64,000 nt of DNA, from IMG/VR virus record IMGVR_UViG_3300033144_006348; one strand, 5' to 3'. The position numbers and the translations under genes were made by a program. Below are positions 18,402-27,976 of this stretch, piece after piece (positions within the stretch are counted from its first letter, which is position 1; every line of letters starts with the position of its first letter). The stretch comes from a virus (taxonomy: Duplodnaviria > Heunggongvirae > Uroviricota > Caudoviricetes). Below the pieces are notes generated by a model. The model was not told the DNA's origin. It saw only the letters and a list, made by a program, of their open reading frames with translations, and did no database searches.

Positions 18402-20080
18402 TCTATCATGCAAATGGAAAAAAAGTAGTACTGACTGATCAGGATTTTGTATTCAAAGGAGGTCAAGCGAGAATCTATGAAAAAGGAAATGTAGCATATA
18501 AAATATACATAAATCAGTCAGATATGATTCCAGAAGCAAAAATTCAAGAGTTGCAGTGTCTAGATGATCTAAGAATTGTTAATCCACAACATGTTCTTTT
18601 TAACGAAAAAAAGAAGATGGTAGGATTTTCTATGGAGTGGTTGGGAAATGACTGTATTACTATCTGTAGACTCTTTACAAATACATTTAGAGAGGACAAT
18701 AATGTAGAAGACGATCAGGTAATAAAACTGGTTGAAAATATTAAAACTGGAACTATATCAGTTCATGGTAAAAAGTGCTTGATAGTCGATGGAAATGAAA
18801 TGAATTACATGGTTTCTCAAGACTTTATAACGCCACATTTCATTGATGTCGATTGTTATAAAACTCCAAGCTTTCCTCCCACAGCAATAACACCATCAAT
18901 CAGGGACTGGACAACCACAAAACTTTCAGAATTAACCGATTGGTTTTCATTTGCTGTAGTAACCTTTCAACTGTTCATTGGAATACATCCATTTAGGGGA
19001 GGGCATCCAGACTATTCTAAAAATGACTTTGAAAAGAGAGTTAAGGACTGCGTTTCTGTATTAAACTCCAAAGTTAGCTGTCCACCTCCCACAAGAGACT
19101 TTAATCTAATTCCTTCAGCATACAGAGATTGGTATTATGATTTATTTGAAAAAGGAAAAAGAACAGAACCACCTCTACTGCCAGGAGAAGCCGGAGTTGT
19201 TCAAGTTGAAGTCATCTTAATCAAAAGTACAGATAATTTTAAAATTGAGCTGATAAAGAAATTTGGGCAGACTATAAATTATTATCATGTTCTTCATGGG
19301 AATGAAATTGTTAAAACAAAAGGAAAAATTCATTTTAATGAAAAAGAATACAATGTAACACCAGATGTTGAATTTATGCTAACAATTCCAGAATTAGAAC
19401 CAATTCTTATCAAGATTGAAGACAGAAGAATTAAATTTCATTCTTTAAATGGATTAAAGATAAGAAATTTAGATATTAAGTGCTCAGATAAAATGATCAT
19501 TGACAACACATTATATCTAAAAAGTGGTGGAAAGTTGGTTCAAATAGCTATTGACAAATTCGGAAACACATTAGTTCCATCAGTAAACAAGGATTGGAAT
19601 ATTGGGCTTAAATCAAGTCATTTATTTTCAGGTTTGGTTTATCAAGATCTTTTAGGAAAAGTCTATTTTTCAATACCAGTACCTGGTAAAAAATCTCTAA
19701 TGTTATCATCAATTCATGAACTTGATGAATACAGAGTGGTGGATGCAAAACATGATAATATGGTATGTGTTGTAACTGCTACAAAAGGTGGAGTATATAC
19801 ACGCTTTATCATCATATTTGCGCCTGATTATAAATCCTACAAGTTCAGGACAATAGAAGATATTAATTACTCGCCTATTAACTTTGTGACTCTTGACAAT
19901 GGAATTTGTATAATGATAAATGACGACGATTCAATTGAGATATTCTCAAACCAAATTGATAAGGATTCAATTAAGAAAATTCAGGATCCTCAAATTAATT
20001 CATCAATGAGGTTATGCAAAGATGGAATGCGAGTTCTATTTTTCAAGGAGAATAAATTATTCTCAATAAAAATGAAATGA
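18398..20080 (+). CDS. Protein-kinase-like protein (560 aa), tentative
   Basis: N-terminal KGGQARIYEKGNVAYKIY resembles a Gly loop plus a VAxK lysine. LTDWFSFAVVTFQLFIGIHPF resembles kinase subdomain IX. Translationally coupled to the PP2C-like gene. Confidence 0.3.
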   Translation: MIYHANGKKVVLTDQDFVFKGGQARIYEKGNVAYKIYINQSDMIPEAKIQELQCLDDLRIVNPQHVLFNEKKKMVGFSMEWLGNDCITICRLFTNTFREDNNVEDDQVIKLVENIKTGTISVHGKKCLIVDGNEMNYMVSQDFITPHFIDVDCYKTPSFPPTAITPSIRDWTTTKLSELTDWFSFAVVTFQLFIGIHPFRGGHPDYSKNDFEKRVKDCVSVLNSKVSCPPPTRDFNLIPSAYRDWYYDLFEKGKRTEPPLLPGEAGVVQVEVILIKSTDNFKIELIKKFGQTINYYHVLHGNEIVKTKGKIHFNEKEYNVTPDVEFMLTIPELEPILIKIEDRRIKFHSLNGLKIRNLDIKCSDKMIIDNTLYLKSGGKLVQIAIDKFGNTLVPSVNKDWNIGLKSSHLFSGLVYQDLLGKVYFSIPVPGKKSLMLSSIHELDEYRVVDAKHDNMVCVVTATKGGVYTRFIIIFAPDYKSYKFRTIEDINYSPINFVTLDNGICIMINDDDSIEIFSNQIDKDSIKKIQDPQINSSMRLCKDGMRVLFFKENKLFSIKMK

Positions 20081-20187
20081 GGTGAAAAATGATAGGATTA
20101 TTTGGATGGTTGCAAACGATTGGTATAATTTTTGGGGTTGTTCTAACGGGATTTTTGATTTTAGAAGATGACTTTTAGGGAGAAAAA

Positions 20188-20529
20188 ATGGAGGAAATAA
20201 AAATTATCACAGCGGCTGAGTTAGCAGAAAGAATGAAAAACGGAGAAACAGTTGAGCTTGTACATGCCTTCTCTTCTCCAAATGATGTTTTAAAACCAAG
20301 AGGTTCAATGCAAAAAAATTCAATTGGAGAGTATATGTTTCAAAAACTTGTAGATTCTTGGGAATCGTGGACAGACCCCAAGTACTCTGATAACCCTCCA
20401 GTTGATATGCTTATGGAAATATTATGTACCAATTTTAGAGGTGAGTGTACAGCAGCACTGGAAAAGTTTTTCGATCACGAACAAGTTAGGAAAGCTTTTC
20501 CAGAGAAATTTTCGATACCACCAAAATGA
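20188..20529 (+). CDS. Hypothetical protein (113 aa)
   Basis: ORF with RBS GGGAGAAAAAATG. Confidence 0.4.
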   Translation: MEEIKIITAAELAERMKNGETVELVHAFSSPNDVLKPRGSMQKNSIGEYMFQKLVDSWESWTDPKYSDNPPVDMLMEILCTNFRGECTAALEKFFDHEQVRKAFPEKFSIPPK

Positions 20530-21068
20530 ATGAAAGGAGAAAAAAAATGTACGAAAGATTAGAAAAGACTCCAGTGCAAGAGTTGATAGAAGCGCTGGAA
20601 ACTCCCACTATAGAATATATTTGGGATGGTAAAAAAGAGAGCGGAAGAAAAAAGAGAGGTGTCCTAATTGCTTCTGTACAGTATGGACATGTTCTCATTG
20701 GTTTTTCCATATGTCATAAAACTCTTGATCGGTTTGATTATGTTGATGGTATACATAAACCTGGTCGTGGGTTGGAATGTGCTATCGCCAGATCAGAAAA
20801 ATGGGCCGACTGGAAAAAAGCTTTCGTTGTGGAACCAAACAGGAAAAAAGCAGGAAAGAAAGCGGTTCCAATCCCCAGTCTGATGTCAACTGAAATAGAG
20901 GAATTCATCGGAAAATGTACGACCCTTAACCGCTATAAAAAGAAGAATTTTCCAGAATGGGCAATGGATCTATTGGCTTTTAACAGCGACGTTATTGATT
21001 TTGACAAAGGAGATGCCCATATTGAAACAAAAGTGGTAGAACCAATGCAAACACAAATACAACCATAA
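20526..21068 (+). CDS. Hypothetical protein (180 aa)
   Basis: ORF with RBS AAAGGAGAAAAAAAATG. Confidence 0.4.
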   Translation: MNERRKKMYERLEKTPVQELIEALETPTIEYIWDGKKESGRKKRGVLIASVQYGHVLIGFSICHKTLDRFDYVDGIHKPGRGLECAIARSEKWADWKKAFVVEPNRKKAGKKAVPIPSLMSTEIEEFIGKCTTLNRYKKKNFPEWAMDLLAFNSDVIDFDKGDAHIETKVVEPMQTQIQP

Positions 21069-21088
21069 ATCTTTTAGGGGGAAATACT

Positions 21089-21574
21089 ATGAAAATTTTG
21101 ATGATGTTACTAATAGTTTTATTAGTCCCAGTATCGTGCTCTGGGCAGTTACATAATGTACCTCTTGTATCTTCACACGGAAATCTAGATTCGAGCATAG
21201 TTGTGGGATGGATGGAGGATTTAGACATACTTAATGAAGACTCCTATGCTTTATCACTGGCGCTAAGACCTGCGGATTTTACCTCAACTGATCCTACTCT
21301 CCAGTTCTATAGAAACAAAATTGAAGTAGTTCAATTACTCACTGCTTCAACGGGAGCACTATTAGCTATGTCATTATATTGTGATCGAATGAATCAGATG
21401 ACAAAAACGTTAATAATCGAATATGCAAAAATTCTTGAAAATGACATGATTGAAGCTAAAATACATAATGAGTTTGTTAAAAAGCACAAGCACCTAACGA
21501 CCACGGCAACAGTTGTTATATCATCTACTTACTCGATGTTTTTAGAAATGAGTCTGAGCTTTAGAGATGAATAA
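21089..21574 (+). CDS. Secreted / signal-peptide protein (161 aa)
   Basis: N-terminal hydrophobic signal-like segment MKILMMLLIVLLVPVSCSG. An intrinsic terminator follows at 21591-21623. Confidence 0.4.
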   Translation: MKILMMLLIVLLVPVSCSGQLHNVPLVSSHGNLDSSIVVGWMEDLDILNEDSYALSLALRPADFTSTDPTLQFYRNKIEVVQLLTASTGALLAMSLYCDRMNQMTKTLIIEYAKILENDMIEAKIHNEFVKKHKHLTTTATVVISSTYSMFLEMSLSFRDE

Positions 21575-21590
21575 AGAATAGGGAAAAAAT

Positions 21591-21623
21591 AAATCCGAGT
21601 AATTTAATCGGATTTATTTTTTT
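21591..21623 (+). terminator. Intrinsic terminator
   Basis: Hairpin AAATCCGA-gtaatttaa-TCGGATTT followed by ATTTTTTT. Confidence 0.55.
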
Positions 21624-21723
21624 GGTTTGCAATCGTGACATTTACCACACGGATTCTTCTCTAAAGCTTCTAGGTAATCTTTCCAAATCTTTTTTATTTT
21701 TTTAATTATTTTTTTCATTTTTG

Positions 21724-21748
21724 TATTTTGTTCTATATATATTAATAA
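21724..21748 (+). promoter_or_regulatory. TTTTGTTCTA box fused to TATATATATTAATAA; candidate promoter for the 21792 gene cluster
   Basis: Lies 10-60 nt upstream of RBS/ATG 21792. 15-mer copy 2. Confidence 0.4.
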
Positions 21749-21791
21749 ATGAAAAGTGAAAAGATTATTCTATTTTTTTAAGGAGGTTAAA

Positions 21792-22034
21792 ATGATTACA
21801 TGGCTTTTATTTCTGGTTGTTTGTGTTTATCAAGCTCTTGATGTCTGGCAAAGCTGGTGGTTGTTTCATTTTGGAGCCGGAGAATTAAATCCTCTTGTGG
21901 CTTTAGGAATAGAAGGTGGAGGAATAATGTTCGTAGTTTATCTTAAAACATTATTTACATTGCTACTTTTACTAGGAATCATAATTCAAAAACGAAAAGA
22001 AAAGGAGAAAAAAAATGGAATGGGACAAGATTAA
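21792..22034 (+). CDS. Small membrane protein (two TM helices, holin-like topology), function unknown
   Basis: ATG 21792 after AAGGAGGTTAAA. Downstream of the TTTGTTCTATATATATTAATAA promoter-like motif. Confidence 0.35.
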   Translation: MITWLLFLVVCVYQALDVWQSWWLFHFGAGELNPLVALGIEGGGIMFVVYLKTLFTLLLLLGIIIQKRKEKEKKNGMGQD

Positions 22035-22365
22035 ACTTTCAATTTCAGAGTTTACAAATGCGTTTGTTATTCAGATATTATCTCAAGATATGAGTTATTC
22101 AAACCGAGTTACGAAAGAAGGCTTAGTGAATTTTGATGGATGGCGTATAGAATGTCAGAATAATCCTATGTTATATCCCTCAGAAAAAAAAATATTCCTT
22201 AGAGGTAGAAACCGGGGAGGACATTATAAATTGCTCATTTATGAAGGAGAACACAATCACGCTGTACTAGAAGAGGTCTTGAGAGCAATTAAACTATGGG
22301 CAAAAGCCTTAGACAAAAAAACCCTGTCAGAAAAAGGAGAAAAATGTTACGAAATATCTTTCTAA
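22015..22365 (+). CDS. Hypothetical protein (116 aa)
   Basis: ORF with RBS GGAGAAAAAAATG. Confidence 0.35.
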   Translation: MEWDKIKLSISEFTNAFVIQILSQDMSYSNRVTKEGLVNFDGWRIECQNNPMLYPSEKKIFLRGRNRGGHYKLLIYEGEHNHAVLEEVLRAIKLWAKALDKKTLSEKGEKCYEISF

Positions 22366-22534
22366 GGAGGTGAAATGAATATGCGATGAGACATAGACCT
22401 GAAATTCTAAAAAAATATTCCTTCAATCCATCACGTCAACCCAGCCGTCCTACCGTTTTCGATAAGCTGGATATAAAATCATATATAGATAACCTATTCT
22501 TACAACTATAAATCCCTATTAAGGAGGTAAAAAA

Positions 22535-23197
22535 ATGACAGAGGAAGTACAAGAATGCACAGTATATGCAGAAATTAACGGAACAAATTACGTTATAGAT
22601 AAATATGAAGGAATTTTGATTAACGCGGAAGATGAAACTATAACCTTTAAGATAGATGTGACTCCATACTGCCTCAAATGTAACGATCTTATGGAATTCT
22701 ATCATACAATTGACGAGAAATATGATCGGTATAGTTGTCCTAATCCTTGTAGAGAAGACAGATGGGTTCTAAAGGAGTTCACTCCGAGGACGATAGACGC
22801 TGAAGTAATTAATCCAGATTATGAATATATCGACCCTGTTGAAATGATCAATAGGTTAGAGGGTATGGGATCTTGTATTGCACACAGTACTTGGGACCCT
22901 TTTGATCTACGTCTATTTCTGGAATTTATTACAGCATCAGAATTACATTATTTCTATTTTGTCAAGGTTTTGGTGATGTATAAAAATGATTCAGATGTCT
23001 TTGTTTCCGGATCATGTATCCATAACATAGCAATGAATAGGTATCAGCCTTATAAAGACAGATCGGATTATCAAGGAAATCACCATATAGACCAAAAATA
23101 TGTCTTTAACTCAAAACATTATCCCAGACCCCCTCGCCCTATTATGCCGCCACATCAAGTTGATAATTATATTGAGTCTCTATTTAGTAGTATGTAG
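22535..23197 (+). CDS. Paralog A of a duplicated 220-230 aa Cys-containing protein family
   Basis: Shares NGTNYVIDKYEG..CLKCNDLMEFYHTIDEKYDRYSCPNPCREDRWVLKEFTPR.. with 23964..24656. RBS AAGGAGGTAAAAAAATG. Confidence 0.5.
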   Translation: MTEEVQECTVYAEINGTNYVIDKYEGILINAEDETITFKIDVTPYCLKCNDLMEFYHTIDEKYDRYSCPNPCREDRWVLKEFTPRTIDAEVINPDYEYIDPVEMINRLEGMGSCIAHSTWDPFDLRLFLEFITASELHYFYFVKVLVMYKNDSDVFVSGSCIHNIAMNRYQPYKDRSDYQGNHHIDQKYVFNSKHYPRPPRPIMPPHQVDNYIESLFSSM

Positions 23198-23221
23198 AGA
23201 TTCACAAAAAAGAGGTCTCTG

Positions 23222-23425
23222 ATGGTGAAAACCGATAAAATATGTCCAGGATGTTTAGATGTATGTGCTTGGTTTTTCTATGGTACACTTCAAGCACATC
23301 AGATTAGAAAAATGAAATCATGCCCATGTGGATATTGTATTGTCAAGGCTATGTGCTGGGACAACCAGGATTGTATTCTTTTTAGAGAAAATTTTAAATA
23401 TAAGGTTGGAGATCAATTAAAATGA
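23222..23425 (+). CDS. Cys-rich zinc-ribbon mini-protein, double CxxC type (C-x2-C..CPCGYCIVKAMC)
   Basis: Member of the recurrent P-C-x2-C-[IL]-V family. Tandem with 23422 and 23625. Confidence 0.45.
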   Translation: MVKTDKICPGCLDVCAWFFYGTLQAHQIRKMKSCPCGYCIVKAMCWDNQDCILFRENFKYKVGDQLK

Positions 23426-23628
23426 TAAATAAATCAGATGAACCTTGTGGTGGTTGTTCAATGAGATGTGCGTGGATTATGTTTAGACAACTTCAAGAAT
23501 ATCAGACCAAAAAGATGAAAACATGTCCATGTGGATACTGCATTGTCATGTCAATGTGCAAAAGTAAAAATACTTGCATTCTTTTTCAGGAGAATTTTAA
23601 ATATAAGGTTGGAGATCAAGTAGAATGA
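23422..23628 (+). CDS. Cys-rich zinc-ribbon mini-protein (MINKSDEPCGGC..CPCGYCIVMSMC)
   Basis: Paralog of 23222. Start overlaps the upstream stop (ATGA). Confidence 0.45.
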   Translation: MINKSDEPCGGCSMRCAWIMFRQLQEYQTKKMKTCPCGYCIVMSMCKSKNTCILFQENFKYKVGDQVE

Positions 23629-23858
23629 TAAATGAATCAGATGAACCCTGTGATGGTTGTTTATTATTATGTAATTGGTGGCATGGTTACTATAATAAAA
23701 CGGATGTAAAACTAACTCCTTATGCTCTTAAAAAAATGAAAGAGTGCCCCTGTGAATACTGTTTAGTAAAAGTAATGTGTAAAAAATTTAAGTGTATTTT
23801 ATTTGTTGAACATTTTGAAAACAGAACAGGACAGACTTCCATTTGGAGAAAGAAGTAA
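23625..23858 (+). CDS. Cys-rich zinc-ribbon mini-protein (MINESDEPCDGC..CPCEYCLVKVMC)
   Basis: Paralog of the two preceding mini-proteins. Confidence 0.45.
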   Translation: MINESDEPCDGCLLLCNWWHGYYNKTDVKLTPYALKKMKECPCEYCLVKVMCKKFKCILFVEHFENRTGQTSIWRKK

Positions 23859-23963
23859 TGGCAGCAATAAGACGATGGGCGTTAATATTAGAAGATAAAC
23901 CGTGCAATATTCAGAAATTAGATAAGTATTACAAGGTAAGTTATTAAAAATAATCACTAGGAG

Positions 23964-24656
23964 GTGAAACAAATGAGCGAGGAAATACCTGACCTTATGG
24001 AATTAATTGACATCAATGGAATATCTTATACCATTGACCCAAAAACAAATACTCTACATCACTCATTAGACACAGATATAAAATATGACCTAAATAAAAC
24101 TCCAGTATGTATGGCATGTAAAAAAATTATGAACTTCTACCATGCGGTTGATACAATATATGATCGGTATGATTGTCCATGCGGAGAGGATAGGTGGAGC
24201 ATATTACGAGAGTTCACACCGAGAGGGGAGAAGGTTGAGGAAGATATTAAGGAAGATCTCGATTGTAATCATCGGAGATTTACACCAGAAGAAATGTTCT
24301 TAAAGTTGGAGGAAATGGCGGTCTGTGTATCTAGAGGCTTATGGGACTCGAGAGACTTGAAAATATATCTAGAGTTTATCACATATTCAGACCAACATTT
24401 CTATTACTATATAGAATGTTTGAATCTGTTCCTTCGTAATTCAGATGTCTTTGTTGCATCAACAGCTATCCATATCCTGGCGGCGGCTAGATACCCCCCG
24501 TATGGTTCAAGACTGAAATTTCAAGAAGACTACAAAACTGCTATAGCCAGTGTGTATACTTTCGACCCACAAAATTATGATACACATAATCGTCCGGAAT
24601 TAGCAACTGGACAAGTTAATACATATGTGAGGGATCTATTTGATCTAATGGTGTAA
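23964..24656 (+). CDS. Paralog A' of the duplicated 220-230 aa family (see 22535..23197)
   Basis: NGISYTIDPKTN..CMACKKIMNFYHAVDTIYDRYDCPCGEDRWSILREFTPR aligns with paralog A. RBS AGGAGGTGAAACAAATG. Confidence 0.5.
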   Translation: MKQMSEEIPDLMELIDINGISYTIDPKTNTLHHSLDTDIKYDLNKTPVCMACKKIMNFYHAVDTIYDRYDCPCGEDRWSILREFTPRGEKVEEDIKEDLDCNHRRFTPEEMFLKLEEMAVCVSRGLWDSRDLKIYLEFITYSDQHFYYYIECLNLFLRNSDVFVASTAIHILAAARYPPYGSRLKFQEDYKTAIASVYTFDPQNYDTHNRPELATGQVNTYVRDLFDLMV

Positions 24657-24883
24657 TGGAGGTTCAAATGAACAACAAAGACCCATGTTTCGGTTGTCAT
24701 ACTAACAAGATATGTGAAATAAGAAATTTTCTCATCATTAAAAACTTCGAGATGATATTGGAAGTCTGCCCCTGTATAGAGTGCATTGTAAAACCTTCAT
24801 GTATGAAAGATTGTGATAGGAGGGGTCAATTTTCAAGTTTATTTAGTAAAACTCATTTTGGAGAAATATTTTTCAGTAAGTGA
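24656..24883 (+). CDS. Cys-rich zinc-ribbon mini-protein (CFGCH..CPCIECIVKPSC)
   Basis: Family motif present. Start overlaps the stop of 23964..24656. Confidence 0.4.
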   Translation: MEVQMNNKDPCFGCHTNKICEIRNFLIIKNFEMILEVCPCIECIVKPSCMKDCDRRGQFSSLFSKTHFGEIFFSK

Positions 24884-24926
24884 AGGAAAGAAATAAATGA
24901 CATCTGAAGTATGCTAGGGACATAAG

Positions 24927-25106
24927 ATGAAAAGAATAAAAAATGAAATCTGTCATTTCAGTTGCTATTGGAAGAATAGAATTGGAGAATGTACATATCT
25001 CCAATTCTATTCTAAGAAAAATCAATGCCCATGTATTGTTTGTATAGTTAAAGTCATGTGTCAAAAACCATGTGATATCCAATATAAATGGCGTCTTAAT
25101 TTTTGA
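24927..25106 (+). CDS. Cys-rich zinc-ribbon mini-protein, 59 aa, below the ORF-track size cutoff (..CHFSC..CPCIVCIVKVMCQKPC)
   Basis: Hand-translated. Carries the family core motif. Sits in the gap between 24883 and 25121. Confidence 0.35.
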   Translation: MKRIKNEICHFSCYWKNRIGECTYLQFYSKKNQCPCIVCIVKVMCQKPCDIQYKWRLNF

Positions 25107-25120
25107 AAGGAAATAAACGA

Positions 25121-25579
25121 ATGAGAGAACTACCAAAAAAACCACCACACCAAATTGATGGAGACCCCCATAATTTGTACCCAACACATACACATGGTCT
25201 TGAACAGGTTGGGTTACCAGAGATGTTTATCAATGGAAAAGCTTTCGGAAACGTTGATAATGCTAATATGCTTAACTATATTGTTGCATATCTTTATCTC
25301 AATGAATCAGAATGGGAAAGATGTGTTAAGGGCGAAGATATGGAAATAACTCTATATGAAGATCCCTCCGATCCAGTCTTTTGTTTAAGAAAAGTTGATC
25401 GAAAGTTTTCTGGAGTTACAACTTCATATTATCACGAAGATCTTAATTGTATAACCGGTTTTCGACAGTTATATGTGAAGGGAGATGATCATGTTTTAAC
25501 AGATGAGTACTTTCTTGAAGAAAACAGAAAATCTAAGATGACAGAGTGTGGCCCTGGTTGCTCAGGGTATGATAAATAA
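25121..25579 (+). CDS. Hypothetical protein (152 aa)
   Basis: ATG 25121 after GAAAGGA. The track start 25103 is a TTG. Confidence 0.4.
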   Translation: MRELPKKPPHQIDGDPHNLYPTHTHGLEQVGLPEMFINGKAFGNVDNANMLNYIVAYLYLNESEWERCVKGEDMEITLYEDPSDPVFCLRKVDRKFSGVTTSYYHEDLNCITGFRQLYVKGDDHVLTDEYFLEENRKSKMTECGPGCSGYDK

Positions 25580-25805
25580 ATTAGATGAACCCTGTGATGG
25601 TTGTTTAATTACATGTGCTTGGTGGAATAATATCTATGATAGTAACATTAAAATAAAACTAACTCCTTACGCTCTTGAAAAAATGAAAACATGTCCATGT
25701 TCATATTGTTTAGTAAAAATGATGTGTAATAGGATAAAATGCGATTTATTTCCTGAGCATTTTAAAAACATAACAGGATCGAAATCTATTATAATCATGA
25801 GTTAA
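25569..25805 (+). CDS. Cys-rich zinc-ribbon mini-protein (MINKLDEPCDGC..CPCSYCLVKMMC)
   Basis: Internal ATG 25569 gives the MINKLDEPC N-terminus shared with 23422 and 23625. A terminator follows. Confidence 0.45.
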   Translation: MINKLDEPCDGCLITCAWWNNIYDSNIKIKLTPYALEKMKTCPCSYCLVKMMCNRIKCDLFPEHFKNITGSKSIIIMS

Positions 25806-25821
25806 AGATAAGTCAGCGGAA

Positions 25822-25862
25822 AATAACCCTAGAAGGATTACTCCAACTAGGGTTATTTTTTT
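25822..25862. terminator. Terminator at the convergent junction between the plus block and the capsid-gene block (likely bidirectional)
   Basis: Hairpin ATAACCCTAG-aaggattactccaa-CTAGGGTTAT followed by TTTTTTTT. Confidence 0.55.
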
Positions 25863-25866
25863 GGTC

Positions 25867-27393
25867 TTATTTTCTCAATTCTGAGCTTGAGGCTGAGCAA
25901 TCCACACCAGAACCTTCTGGTCCACATGGAATATTACCACAGTTATTAGTGATACTAAGAGTAGCAATACCTGCACTTCTAATCAATGCTGTCGCATATC
26001 TTGACAGGATTGTTAGACTTGGAGTGAATCCTAGTGGATATGGATGCAGAACAGCTGGTACATAAGGACTATATACATAAATAGCCTTTAGTTCCTCAAC
26101 TGGTTTGTATACCATTACCATTGTGCCTTGTGTTACAACTGCTGATGTTAGAACTTTCCATTTTCCACCAGCTACTGTAGCACTTCTATATCCCAGGTCT
26201 CCATCAACTGAAGATGTTCCTGTATAATTAAACGTCTGTAAATCTTCAAGGATAGCAACATCTAGTGGGTTCGCTAGAATTGTATTTCCAGCTTCAATGT
26301 TAGTATCAGTGTAAATTTGTCCAGATAGTCTGTTCAGGACAGGGATAATGTTTTCATGCCAGTATTTGGTTCCCCAAGTATACGTTACAGGGGGGGTACA
26401 AGAGAATGTGTCTGTATGACAGATATTATTCAGTCTTGTATTTGCGGTAATAAGAGCATTGATAATTTCTCTATCAATATCTAGCGCCACTTGCTGTCCT
26501 AGAATATTTACTATTTCAGCTTGCATTGAGATATCAAACAGAGCTCTCATGTCTTGCTCCATGTTGATTGTCCAGTTTGCAGAGATCTGGCGGTCTCTAG
26601 CATATAGACGAATCTTTTCAACTGATAGTTCAACTCTTGGGTTGATTTGGTTTTCTTCTAGTGAAGTAGTTACTGTGAAACGAGCGTACAGTACAGTTCC
26701 TACTGTGCTGGAAATGACAACTGTTCCATTTAGATAATCTACTTGACCAGAAACAACATCTGCAACTCCACCGATGCTTACACTTGATGAAAAGTGACCT
26801 TCAACAGCAGGTACGATACAAACATCTGTAAAATGAGTTCCGTCAGCCGAAACAGCGTCAATTTCAAAGTCTCTCTCGAGATGTGCTTGAGCGGGTACTA
26901 GTCCTGCTGTAGCAAGTACGTCATAACCGCTGCTTGGTACAGGCATTATAGCTGCAACCTGTGTTCCAAATGCGACACCCTGTGAAATGTCAGGTGTAAT
27001 AACAGGAGCATTATATTGCAAATCGCTATTTGATGGACTAAATTTTGCTTTAACAAACGCTTTAACTGTTTCTGGTTTATCCATTGGTGAAACAGTAATA
27101 GCTTCTTTGGCAACTAGTTTCGGATAGAACACACGAAGAATAGGCAGAGTCAGTGTTTCATACGGGTTGATCTGAAACATTGAATTTTCAAGCAGATTCA
27201 CTCTAGTATTTTCTGCTAGTTGAATAAAATCTTTTCTGTCTTTCTTATTCTCAATAGATTCGGCCAGGCCAGTTACATATGTTTCAAAGGCAGCATCATC
27301 AACAAGAATAGCTTTTAAATTACCGGGCTTTGATGGGTCTATTCCACTGATTTTTTTAGTGGTTCTATAGACTTCGGTCAGTAATTCTTTCAT
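25867..27393 (-). CDS. Putative major capsid protein (508 aa)
   Basis: Large protein at the end of the head-gene block. Strong RBS GGAGGAAAATAATTATG on the minus strand. The bidirectional terminator lies downstream. Assignment is by size and position, with no motif evidence. Confidence 0.45.
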   Translation of the reverse strand: MKELLTEVYRTTKKISGIDPSKPGNLKAILVDDAAFETYVTGLAESIENKKDRKDFIQLAENTRVNLLENSMFQINPYETLTLPILRVFYPKLVAKEAITVSPMDKPETVKAFVKAKFSPSNSDLQYNAPVITPDISQGVAFGTQVAAIMPVPSSGYDVLATAGLVPAQAHLERDFEIDAVSADGTHFTDVCIVPAVEGHFSSSVSIGGVADVVSGQVDYLNGTVVISSTVGTVLYARFTVTTSLEENQINPRVELSVEKIRLYARDRQISANWTINMEQDMRALFDISMQAEIVNILGQQVALDIDREIINALITANTRLNNICHTDTFSCTPPVTYTWGTKYWHENIIPVLNRLSGQIYTDTNIEAGNTILANPLDVAILEDLQTFNYTGTSSVDGDLGYRSATVAGGKWKVLTSAVVTQGTMVMVYKPVEELKAIYVYSPYVPAVLHPYPLGFTPSLTILSRYATALIRSAGIATLSITNNCGNIPCGPEGSGVDCSASSSELRK

Positions 27394-27562
27394 AATTATT
27401 TTCCTCCATTTTGATTAACGTTAATAAAAATGTAAAACCCACACTTGATTTCAATTATGTTCTATGTTTTCAGACTAGTTAGTTTTATCCTTAATATGTT
27501 CGGGAGGCAGTTTAATTCTGAAGCAGTTTTTGAGTCTCAGAATTAAACTGAAATATGAAGAT

Positions 27563-27976
27563 TTATCGGGAGAACCTCTTTCTTATTTTTTGGAGGGTTT
27601 GATTTAAATGATCATCTATTTGTTTGTTCGATAATTTTGGTATTATTTTCAATAGGATAACAGTTTCATTTTTTAAAGTTCCATCATAAACAAGGCCAGA
27701 AGACACCAATTTATCAAGTCTTTCAAGAAGTTTTGAGATCTTCTTCTGACGTTTATATTCTATCATAGTTTTTTCTATAGAACCTTTCTGAGACTCCATT
27801 TTTTTTCTATTAGTTTGAATCTCTATTTTCAGATCATCAACTTGATCTACTTTCTCCGTATATATCTCATTAAATAGAGGATAAACATTATGAATTATAT
27901 TGTTTGCTAAGGTAAGTTTTGATTGATCTAAATTATCCGGCGTGACATCAGGAATGTTTGTTTCTATAATGTTCAT
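27563..27976 (-). CDS. Hypothetical head-block protein (137 aa)
   Basis: ORF overlapping the upstream gene by 4 nt. Confidence 0.35.
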   Translation of the reverse strand: MNIIETNIPDVTPDNLDQSKLTLANNIIHNVYPLFNEIYTEKVDQVDDLKIEIQTNRKKMESQKGSIEKTMIEYKRQKKISKLLERLDKLVSSGLVYDGTLKNETVILLKIIPKLSNKQIDDHLNQTLQKIRKRFSR

